In this document: positions 12,601-21,950 of the stretch, one piece after another | How the letters are laid out: each line of letters opens with the position of its first letter | How positions within the stretch are numbered: position 1 is the first letter of the stretch | Assembly: GCF_964355755.1 (NCBI RefSeq) | Contig: NC_092672.1 | Span: 8,680,001 to 8,744,000, forward strand | Origin: Antedon mediterranea | Lineage: Eukaryota; Animalia; Echinodermata | DNA: 64,000 bases | Direction: 5' to 3' | Translations under genes and position numbers: made by a program | The notes under the pieces: model-generated | What the model was told of the DNA's origin: nothing | Databases searched by the model: none | Seen by the model: only the letters and a program-made list of their open reading frames with translations

Positions 12601-15600
12601 TACATACCCCTCGAAACAACTTTTTGACTTCAATAGGGACTGGACCACCGTCACATGCAACAATAAACTTTTGAAGGTCATCACGATTCACATGCATTCC
12701 AGTTTCACTGGCACAGAGTTGAAAGATGACTGCAAAAAGGAGAAAAGAAAACATGGAATATAAATTAATTAAATAGAGGGAATAGACTTATTTTACTGCA
12801 GTTACTATTTATTTATTTATTTATTTACCAGATTTCTAGAGCGCCCTTTTCATGAACCATACTCATGCTCAAAGGCGCTTCACATCATAAAGACAAACAT
12901 CATAAGCAATAATTATAAAAGTAACCTTAAATTACAAAATAAGGCAGTAAACTGCATTATGTTGGTAGCTTTTTTGGAGTAATCCTGCACAGTTTATTGC
13001 ATGATTGCCTCATATCATACTGTAACACACTAAATCAGGCTGTTCTGTGAATTAATCTAAATACGAAAACTATAGCCAAATATATCATCATTTTTTGCCA
13101 TGTTGAGACATAAACTAAATTATACATGCACCCCCTCTTTCTCAATCTACTACTGCAGTGTCCATACAATTGATTAAGAACATTTTTCTGCCTGAAGCTA
13201 GACTTGCAATTAGTATTAACAATGTCATATCCATAGAAATGACATCAGCATCTGATCTGTGTAATTGGAAAAATACTATTGTTATTTAGCACCTGTTCAG
13301 AAAAACTACAATTTAAACTGTACCCACATAATTATTCCTGATTAAATAATTAATATTGAAAACATCTAAAATGAATAAATTTATATGAAAATTTAATAAA
13401 ATATTTATATACTTAAGAAATCAACGACATTTCAGTAACTGACAGTAACTATGTACAATGTTTACAAATTTAACATGCAATATGGCAAGCTACTGTATAC
13501 GGATTTCCGATAATCATACAGACTGCAGTGACTGTTTCATAAACCTACTAAAATCATGAAGTTACTGCATGCAAAACTTAGCATGATTATTTAAAATTCA
13601 AATTATTTCCATTTTTATTTAATTTAATTTAACTTTAATAATTAATAATATTCCTCACCAATATTTCAATACCTAATTTAAGGTCAATATGCATGACTTC
13701 AAACAGCTCTATACAGTTGTATACCAATATTATTCAATTTCAATTTATTTCACAAAAATACAATTAATTTTATTTAAAAAGTAAGAGAATAAAATGTACA
13801 GTTACTGTAGTAGAATTTTTTACAATTTCTAAATAAAACTTACATTTGATTTTCTCAATTTGCGTTCCTTTAGTAAGTAAAACAAGTCCGCTAAGAAGTT
13901 CTTTGAAAACAATACCTTTGCTGGTCCCTCCAAAGGCATAGTAAAGGTGCTGAAAAATATTATAAACATTATTTTATAATATAATTAGCTATTGGCTATT
14001 GTCGGTTTATCCAGGTAAGCTAGGCAAGAAATAGACTTTAATTATTCAAAATATAACAAACAGATCAATGAAAGTATTCATTTCGGGAAAAAAATTTAAT
14101 AATAGGTACTGTAAATACAGTACATCTTAGAATAACTCTCACTATCTATCTTAAGTATCTCAAAATAAAAAGCTTGGTTCACACTTTACTGTACACAATA
14201 TTTTTTTTTCACCACAAAGCAAAAAAATAATTATTTCATTTATTCCATTATAATTTTTAAAAATGCGTAACAATTTACGTGCCTTGAAACTTTTCATTGG
14301 TGTAAATTTATATTTTAAATGTTTTTTTAACGGTTTCTATCAATAGCCTTAAAAGCTGATAATAGTCTCTTTAAAATATGAACATTTGTTTTGTTCACAT
14401 TCAAGCTTATAATTATTATTATCAATATGTTTATTGATCAAATTTAACAATACAAATTATCCTTATGTTTAACTTTTCCAATTATTGGCAATTTTCCAAT
14501 CCAGTACACGTTACCATGTCAAGGTCGAAAAAGAGTCAACTGTTCATAATACAACATGATGCGAATTATAACTAACATTTAAACGACATTGGATACTTTG
14601 ATTTGATCACATTCACCGCGCATCCATATGAGTATGTAGTATAATGTGGAGTACGTACGAGTGTAGTGGAGTTGTGGATTGGTGGTTGTGATGCCTGGCT
14701 ACCAATCCAAGGGTCCTGGGTTCAAGTCCTGTCATACAGTACTGTATGTAAGGATTTTTTTCTAATTTTTTAATGACAAATTACAACTCCACTTCCAAAG
14801 ACTTGTAATACTGTTTGTTTGTTTGTTTGTTTTATTCGGTACTCAAGAAACACAACAAAAATACCAGGATGACCCAGAAGCTGAAACAGCTTAATTCCAA
14901 TGGGGTCCATTAAACAAGCAAGTTAGATAATAATGTGTACATTATAAATGCATACTAATACAATAAACAGAAACATCCATACAAAATACAATCATCAGCA
15001 TGGTTAATGCACAATACCAAAGTGAACCTTTAACGCACGTTTATATTCAATTAATTAGTGTACACTCTTAGTCTTAATATCGGAAGGTTCATTTCAGTCT
15101 TTAATAGCATTATAATAAAATGTTTTAGAGGCTTGGCCTTTAATATTTGGAATTACAAAGTTTACATTGCATTTCCTTGTACTATGAGTGTGCCGATCAG
15201 AAATCTTTGTAAAATGTTCATTAAGATAAGGAACTTCAATATCGTGGTATATTTAGAAAGCGTGGATTAGTCTAATATGTACTTAACCCTATCGCTTATT
15301 TTCAGGTATCCAGTAACGGCAAGTTATTAATTTCTTTAATAATTGTATACCGTATACTGTATATTTGTATTGTGAGAGGGATTGCCACCTTTAAGAAGGA
15401 TAGTGAATGAATTGGCTTGATGGTTATTCTGGCAATTTGCCTAATAGAAAAAAAAGGGTTTTCATACAGTACTGTACTATAGCTTCACTTTATTGGGACA
15501 TCCCTATTAAGGAAACACTTTCCTGTGAAACGAATGATGCAGTATTTTTAACACAATGGCCAAATCCAGGAATTAAGCCTTTTATAAAAGCGTATTGCCG

Positions 15601-18600
15601 TACTTATTGGGTAAAGTGGACCTATGAAAACCTTTCCTTTAGGACATCCCTATTAAGGGTACGCTTTCCATGAAGTGAATGACGGGCAATATTTTAAAAT
15701 ACAATGGCCAGCCCCACCAAAGCAATATTAAACTATTTTTTTAATATTTTTTTGATGTTATCTTGTTTTATAATGTATTTTCTTGTTTTTCCATTTTTAC
15801 TGCGTCCAACTTAGTCATATGTACTAGGCTCAACCACTCATTTTTTCAGTTAATACAGATTGGACCCCATTGGAAATAAGTTTACTTTTTATTTGTCGAC
15901 TTAATGGGTTATCCTGGTATTCTTTTTAATATGTACATTGTATATTTTAACTATTTTTATGAATATCGAATAAAATCAATCAATCAATCAAACATACTAT
16001 ACTTTACAGTAATATAATTATAATGGAAATGAGGTACAGTAGGAATTAAGAAACTCATAAAGACACTGTATTATACAGTACATACATGTGGACGTGCTTC
16101 ATATTAAAATAATCACCTCTCTATCGCTGATGTTAATCTAAAGTAGAGAAAGGTGTTGCCTTTCGGTCAGCATACACACTGCTGTACAAGCTATTAGTTT
16201 TTTTTTATCATCATTGTTGTGCCAAAATATAATTACAATTTCCAAGTAGGAACTTACGTAAGCTACAGTTATAGATTATACATCAGTAAATAAGATAAAA
16301 TAGATCCGGGACTATTTGGCAACTTTATCATGATGGACTGTTTTTTTTTACTAGTAACTTTACGAAAAATGACGGTTAGGGGAGGACAACGAATATCCTG
16401 TGTTTGCTAGAGCGTAAAATCAAATACAGTCAACATACTGTAGCTGTTTTATTAGTTATGCACCCTTGCCCGACAGTCTATCCCTCCCCTGTCTCATGGC
16501 CCTTATGAATCGCTTGGCTCTGATGATACAACATACATACTGTATGCCCTCGCATTCAAACGCCGCTTCAAACAGCTATTTTAACCCAATAAAAATGTTA
16601 TTTCATTAAACAATTAAATTAGAAGTACAAATATTATTTAGAGTTTTGAAAATTCCACGTTTAAGTGTAATTTAAACTGTATATTTATGGTTATGTACTG
16701 TACATTAATTTATTATTATAACGGGAAAATGGCAACTTTATCGTCAAAAACTAAAGACGACGGAATTTACGGCTAAGCTCCGCCCACTTTGTTAAAGCTC
16801 ATGCATAAATTATTCATGAGCACCGTCCTGTGGCTTCGTCGTGTTTCGTTAAGTCCCTATTGTGTCTGTGTTGGTAACTCTAGACTGCTTTTTAAAAAAA
16901 TTAACAAAAATGTTAAAAATAATTTCACAAACTTATAACTTGATGTACATGTATGAAGGCCGCCACCGTAGCGAGAGGTTAAACAGACCAGGCAAAGATG
17001 CTTTTATACCTAAATATATTGAATATAAAATATGACGATTTGGTGAAAATTACGACTACGGCCCTGTGTATTGATTGTTAACTGCTTGATAATTGTTGGT
17101 TTGTTGATAAACTAATGTTTTGCAGTAAAATAGAAATGAAAACTCCTTTAATGTATCAAAATTATGATACTGTTAGTGTTACTTTCTCTCCTGTAGGCGA
17201 CTACTAAAGTATGTCAACTGTGTACTATGTAACTTATAAGGAACAGTAATTGCACTGTACGCAAACCTCAAAATAATAATATATGCTGGGTGGGTCATAT
17301 AATTTGCCATGATTTTAAAAATGAGAAATTATAGAAATGTGATCAACGAAAAATTCATACTGATCTACTGTAGGCAAATTATATGATACTGAGTACTATA
17401 GTATGTCACATGCATCATAGGCAGCTACTAAAATTGTGTTAGCTATCACTATAACTTATAATAGGTAACAGTAAATTGTAGGTAGTGTATTTTACACTAA
17501 CCTTAAAATAATAATAATACACTGGGTCACATCATTTGCCATGATTTTAAAAATTAGGAATTATGCCTTTTATCGGAATGTTATTGAGATTTTTATTATG
17601 GAAACTGAGACAAGAGATCCCTTACCTCACCCAGTTTTACTGGGACACAATCTCCTAGCACATCCTTAACAAATACCGGACGACTCATGAAACCTGACGG
17701 AAGTGAGTAACGCTTGAACGCATCCCGGAGCCGCTTGAGTTCTTCATCACTTACTGAAAATAATTTGAAAAAAAGAATTTAAATCGATTTAAACAGATAA
17801 AGGAAAGAAATGACTGATTTCAAATTAATAATTTAAAAGAAATTTCAGAAACAATAATAAGTTTAGGATTTATATTTTATAGTTTTATTTGTACCTTCAA
17901 ATCAATTTGTAGTTTAAAAAAATATGTTTAAAGACTAAAATTCTAAAATATTTTTACATGGTACAAAATAATCTGTGAATTGCTTAAATATTATTTCATT
18001 ATTTTTGTATGTTGAACTATGAGTACATGAGTCAATAAAATTTCCTAATACATGAATAAAGGTGAAATTTTACCTTGACTTTGACATTTGACCTTTAGTA
18101 GGAATATGATGATATGATAATGATTACTGATCATTTGTGTGTAACCTTTCATAGTTACTATTTGTAGATCATAGGAAATTTTTTAAAACATTGTATACAT
18201 GTATTGTAGCCTACAGTATACATTTTTATTCATAGCATACTGTATGATTTATGAATAGGCTATACCGGTAACTGTTTGTTACCTTTGTACAATGACAACA
18301 TGTTGATTAAACAGTTACAGTACTGTAGGCAAATCATAGGGTAATAAACAATGCCGAAATCATAGACGTCAAATTTTATAACCACATGAAGTTAAGCCGA
18401 TTTTCCACTAGGCGAATTTGTTCGTGCGAATCGAAAGCGTCATGCTATGCACATGCGTATTCGCGTTTCTGTCTGTCATACTGCCTTCTTCGACGAATTC
18501 TAGTTCCTTTGATTTTTCGCTTCAGCGAAATTTACTAGTTCGAATTGTTTCTACTTTTTGCGAAGCGAAATATTGCGCAACCAATCAGAGCTCAGGAAAT

Positions 18601-20183
18601 GAGCTATGACGCTTTCATGAGCACTCATGCGAATCGAAATGCTCAGCAACCACGCGAGGAACATGAACGTCGCAGCTACAGTATTCGCTCTGTAGTGGAA
18701 AGAGAGTAGGCGATTTTTTTCTCTTCGAAACGTTGGATTCGCGCGAACAAATTCGCCTAGTGGAAAATCAGCTTTAGCCTATGTTGTGCCCCATCTATTA
18801 ACTAGGGTGTACAGTAGGTAAACTACTGTACATGGTTATAAAATTGCATCTATAGGGGAATGACACTTTATAGAACATTTTTACAGTCATATTTGAAAAC
18901 CAATAACTCAACAACAAAGTACTGAAAAGGAAAATAAACATAATTTCGTACAAATTTAAACAAAAAGGTATGATGAGTACAATGATGCGGTCTCAGAATA
19001 CTACATTAATTGAACATTATAATGTAAACAGGATACAGTACAATCAACAGGAAGGTGGATTATCAATGTATGTTTTCATTTTCAAGAACAAGAAAAAAAA
19101 CAGGAAGAAAAGAGTGTTGATTTGTAACTGTAAAATATGGTAATTTTTCTTACAGTTGGCAACAGACACAGTTGGCAACAGACACAGTTGGCCATAAAAT
19201 ATACCGTACTCTTCCTGATAAATTTATGATAAAATGTTTGTAAAAAAATTATAAATATTATAATTTGTTAAAAAGGCGGATATTGGATAAAGAGATATTT
19301 TTAATATTTTTAATTATAGATTTGTATTTAAGACAAAATAAAACAAGGCAAGTTTAAATATATTTACTGTACTGTACAGTACATGTGGTACAGTACCAGG
19401 AGTTTTTGTTTTAAGTTTAATGCATGATTTACGCAATTTAAAATTTCACAAATATGCAACAATGTTTTTCTTCTTATTAAAGCATAAATCGTTTATTCTT
19501 TTAATAAACTGTACTGTACAATTAATTGCATTGTTTATGTATGCATAAAAGGTTTATATCATATGTATGGTTTACTGTATGGTTTAAATTTGATTTGAAT
19601 CAAGTACAGTATTTTGGAGATACTTGCGCAATTTGCGTAAATTGTTACAATCGGCCACACAGCATACACGCCTAGTGTCAGTGACTCTCAGGTTCCATAA
19701 GTGGTAAAAGCAATTCACAAAATTAAAATTGCTGTTGGTTTTTCATTTAATCTTATTATATAAAAAAACAATTAAATTGCAAGAAAAAAATACAGTATCC
19801 ACAAAAAATATTGTTTATATATTTATATTCTTTGTACAACAAGTTCTTCTTTCATTTATTAAATCAAAACACTCAGGAGATTTAATGATACAAAATCTAA
19901 TGGCAACAAAACACTATTCTACCATCATAAATTAATGTCAGGCTACGCCTACTAGGCCTAACATTAACCTATATTAGCAATCAAGAGCCCTTCCTTCTTT
20001 ATAACCACCGTGCCAACCTCCTGAATGAAAAGGACACTGTACACACAGAGCATGCACCACCGGGCTAGCTAACCTGACATTAATGATGCATAACAAAATA
20101 AACACAACTGATTGTGGCCACAAACCTCGCCTAACAGCTTCTTCATATGGTAGAACTGTCGGTTTTGATTCTTTATTTCCCAT
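516..20183 (-). CDS. USP32: Ubiquitin carboxyl-terminal hydrolase 32 ortholog, 5' part (10 coding exons, 421 codons; gene continues beyond position 1)
   Basis: Exons 20183-20126, 17753-17626, 13949-13844, 12729-12608, 10850-10685, 10139-10008, 8344-8237, 6330-6215, 1158-1000, 683-516 join with GT-AG and consistent phases. Protein: MGNKESKPTVLPYEEAVRRVSDEELKRLRDAFKR...AFGGTSKG...DTPTFYQTLAGVTHLEEVDIIELEKKYW...FDENHDEHIDLKEMACGLSACCRGPLAERQKFCFKIFD...VCHIVLGLRP...WYLIAIDWWRLW. This is the EF-hand region plus start of the DUSP domain of USP32. Confidence 0.96.
729..957. mobile_element. Degenerate Tc1/mariner (pogo-like) MITE filling most of USP32 intron 9; related pieces at about 150-305, 15470-15670 and 24103-24240
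   Basis: Termini CAGTAGA...TCTACTG; internal repeated 'cctattaagggacac' units shared between copies. Confidence 0.55.
1000..1158 (-). CDS. USP32: USP32 coding exon 9 (159 nt), EF-hand
   Basis: CTTCAG / GTTGGT; DYEKIERLNPLAIAADILAAHDGDGDGSITPEEYQMWTVKSSLPDEFCNLLFE. Confidence 0.92.
2654..2746. repeat. 17-bp purine-rich minisatellite, about 5 units
   Basis: (gaggttacggggaagaa)n. Confidence 0.9.
2886..3072 (+). mobile_element. tRNA-derived SINE-like fragment
   Basis: A-box-like 'tggccgagcggttaaggc' (tRNA Ser/Leu D-arm-like) with no intact T-arm or cloverleaf; ends in a (catttA)-like tail. Confidence 0.45.
4015..4196. mobile_element. PIF/Harbinger-type MITE (family H1); remnants at about 7880-8011 and 46085-46372
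   Basis: TIRs ggcgaatttacacagac / gtctgtgtaaattggcc, flanked by TAA/TTA. Confidence 0.7.
4326..4527. mobile_element. MITE with CAGG-type termini (hAT-like) and an apparent 6-bp TSD
   Basis: TIRs caggccttgtctttt / aaaagacaaggccta; agacat on both flanks. Confidence 0.65.
6215..6330 (-). CDS. USP32: USP32 coding exon 8 (116 nt), EF-hand
   Basis: TTTCAG / GTAAGT; (F)CFKIFDKNHDGLLDRQELESMCTSLVNIRKELRIGMEI. Confidence 0.94.
8038..8193. mobile_element. PIF/Harbinger-type MITE (family H2); other copies or fragments at 12319-12475, about 27505-27638, 31921-32045, 34225-34337, 37570-37712 and 61362-61475
   Basis: TIRs agctctgtctacactatcaaac / gtttgatagtgtagacagagct; TWA flanks; internal 'gcccaaatatggtagtg' repeats. 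Confidence 0.8.
8237..8344 (-). CDS. USP32: USP32 coding exon 7 (108 nt), EF-hand
   Basis: TAACAG / GTAAGT; (G)LFYAFDENHDEHIDLKEMACGLSACCRGPLAERQK. Confidence 0.95.
10008..10139 (-). CDS. USP32: USP32 coding exon 6 (132 nt)
   Basis: TTTTAG / GTATGT; (L)EEVDIIELEKKYWMLQAQSKTGRFDLETFTPLISPPVPRDLCK. Confidence 0.95.
10368..10635 (+). mobile_element. SINE with Deu/Nin-type central domain
   Basis: B-box-like 'ggtttgagcc' followed by 'ggataaggactataaaccgtagg...taaagaacc...ttcgagaaaagtagggggttaccc', resembling the Deu/Nin core as recalled. Confidence 0.6.
10685..10850 (-). CDS. USP32: USP32 coding exon 5 (166 nt)
   Basis: TTTTACTAG / GTAAGT; TEHVSYEQFCSWLLNH...SDDGDTPTFYQTLAGVTH. Confidence 0.93.
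12608..12729 (-). CDS. USP32: USP32 coding exon 4 (122 nt)
   Basis: TTTTGCAG / GTATGT; (F)IFQLCASETGMHVNRDDLQKFIVACDGGPVPIEVKKLFRG. Confidence 0.9.
12806..12885 (-). mobile_element. L2-type LINE/SINE 3' tail remnant
   Basis: Minus strand reads gtgaagcgcctttgagc...aagggcgctctagaaat followed by (AAAT)n. Confidence 0.5.
13844..13949 (-). CDS. USP32: USP32 coding exon 3 (106 nt)
   Basis: TTTTCAG / GTAAGT; HLYYAFGGTSKGIVFKELLSGLVLLTKGTQIEKIK. Confidence 0.94.
14668..14812 (+). mobile_element. tRNA-derived SINE head, apparently interrupted by a LINE insertion
   Basis: 'tggtggttgtgatgcctggctaccaatccaagggtcctgggttcaagtcctg' contains B-box GGTTCAAGTCC. Confidence 0.55.
14813..15335 (-). mobile_element. 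5'-truncated L2/CR1-type LINE 3' end; related tails at about 15858-15992 (+) and 28778-28885 (+)
   Basis: Minus-strand decayed ORF2 tail 'PNIKGQASKTFYYNAIKD*NE...KRALKVH'; 3' UTR 'ggaccccattggaa...tcatcctggtatt', AATAAA and (CAAA)n tail. Confidence 0.7.
17626..17753 (-). CDS. USP32: USP32 coding exon 2 (128 nt)
   Basis: TTTTCAG acceptor, GTAAG donor; (V)SDEELKRLRDAFKRYSLPSGFMSRPVFVKDVLGDCVPVKLGE. Confidence 0.94.
18395..18773. mobile_element. PIF/Harbinger-type MITE (family H3), young copy
   Basis: About 38-bp TIRs agccgattttccactaggcgaatttgttcg / cgaacaaattcgcctagtggaaaatcagct; TTA TSD; near-identical to 36945-37327. Confidence 0.9.
20126..20183 (-). CDS. USP32: USP32 coding exon 1 (58 nt)
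   Basis: MGNKESKPTVLPYEEAVRR+G; MGxxxS myristoylation-type start; donor GTTTGT. Confidence 0.92.
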
Positions 20184-21871
20184 TGCTGATGTTATATTAG
20201 TACATAATATCCTGTGTGTAGAAACAAAATCGTCATAACATTTGGTACTATCTACACATAAACATTAGTCGTCGCCATTTTCTCTTCAGTTTCTATATAT
20301 ACAAAATCATCACATGAGAATTACTATATTGAGGGCGCTATATCAGATTCTGGTGATATCATTTTTATTTATTTATTTGTGGTCCAAAATAATTTTTTTT
20401 TTACAGCCTGTCTAACTAAGTACAAATAAATAACTGAGTGTTCCGTACGAGATATATATTGTTTGTCTACTCGTCTATTTGTATTCATTATGTAATTCGT
20501 CAGAGATAAGTGGTGTAAAAAGAGAGAACTTAAAAAAAGAGACTTAAACATTGAAAGTACAATGTTAAGTTGTATGGGCCCACTTACATTTCGTCACAGT
20601 TTTTTTAATTTTCTGTGCCCTTTTAGCCAGTTATATTTAAGAGGAAGCATTAGGAAACTGTATTACGCAGAAGCTTATAGTTTACTAAGGCTGAAAATGG
20701 GAATTTGTAAACCGTGACTGGGCATGCGCATTCCCCAGGTGGCGTGGGAGAAGATAGTCTATGAGATAGTTAGATAGTCTGTAAAATGTTCAATAAACAT
20801 TTTTTTCCGTTTGGCTGTCAACGTACTTGGTTATAATAAATACCATCAATTTATCATTGAATAATCATCAAAACAATCGATCCTTCCTCTTCGATTATTA
20901 TTTTTGGCGAATGTTGTGTACTGTATGAAGAATAATTGTTTGATTAGTGAACGTTTATCGGCCGCGATGGAAAATTAGAAATGTTGTTTACTGGAATGTT
21001 GGGTAGGCCTATGCGAGTCACTAGTTACGCCCCTAGTACCCCGGAATATGTATACAAGTACTATAGTTCTATTCTATCGTTCTGAAATAACAGTTGATTG
21101 ATTTTGATTGATTATTGATTATTGGCGAATGGTGTGTATGAAGAATAATTGCGTGATAACGTTTGTCGGCGGATAGAAAATTAGAAATTTTGTTTACTGG
21201 AACGTTGGGTTATGCGAGTCATTAGGTAACGCCTCTACTCTGGAATATGTACAGTAGTACTATATAGCTTTCTATTTTTCTGAAATAAACGTTAATTTAT
21301 TTTTTGATTGATTGGTAAGGTATAGGCCTATCAACTTCAAACATTTATGTATTTAATACACGGGCCCTATTTTATAATGAAATGGAACATTTCAGACTAT
21401 TATTACACAAAATGTTCACTACGATAATTGATACATAATTAGCCTATTTCTTAAATTATTATCAATATTATTATATTATTATCAACGTTTGCCTTATGAG
21501 GACAAGGCCTAGAACTCTCCCCAATTCGACTAAAACCCGTTTTATTCTGATGCCCACACACCATTATTAGACCTAGAACGTGCCTATAATATTTTTTTAG
21601 TAAGAATTTTCTTTTAGAAATGAATGTCCATTTTCCGTCCATTGATGAAGAAATGATTTATCTATGTTTGATAGCCTTGATCCATATGAGTTACCGTAAT
21701 TAACCGACCGGGGAAACCCAAACTGGTAGGTGACGTAATGTCCACAAATGCCCAGGGTCGCCAAAATCAAAATCAACGTCACATGTGCGATAACAAAAAG
21801 CGAAGTCAGCATTTTATCAAGTCGTGTTTATATTGTATATACAACAGTATAATACTACAAACTTATTCATA
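20184..21871. promoter_or_regulatory. Shared divergent promoter region of USP32 and C11orf54
   Basis: About 1.7 kb between head-to-head ATGs, relatively CpG-rich; YY1-type CGCCATTTT 20273-20281; NRF1-like GGCATGCGCA about 20721; CRE-like TGACGTAA about 21731; E-boxes TCACATG at about 20310 and 21779. Confidence 0.6.
20905..21315 (+). repeat. Tandem duplication (two diverged units of about 200 bp) in the promoter region
   Basis: 'tggcgaatg..gtgtatgaagaataattg...aaaattagaaat.ttgtttactggaa.gttggg...ctgaaataa' occurs twice. Confidence 0.85.
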
Positions 21872-21950
21872 ATGGCAGAAAATACAGATCGAAATATGAA
21901 AATTGAAAACCAGAAGTTGTTTGTTCCCGAAATTGATGAATTATGTAAAG
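21872..21950 (+). CDS. C11orf54: C11orf54 coding exon 1
   Basis: ATAATGG Kozak; MAENTDRNMKIENQKLFVPEIDELCK; donor GTAGAG. Confidence 0.85.

Larger units (their letters stand above)
12028..13795 (+). repeat. Dispersed direct repeat of about 200 bp (12028-12230 and 13568-13768) flanking USP32 exon 4
   Basis: Near-identical 'catgcaaaactt(g/a)gcatgattatttaaaattc...cacaaaaatacaattaa'. Confidence 0.9.

Noticed and set aside
16300-17085. Possible DNA transposon in USP32 intron 2
   Set aside because: CpG-rich and TE-like, but I could not find matching termini or a TSD.
18418-18609. ORFs inside MITEs (also 37182-37397, 38098-38307, 46045-46248, 57723-58186) as transposases
   Set aside because: Short, no DDE or HTH motifs, and they lie in palindromic non-autonomous elements.
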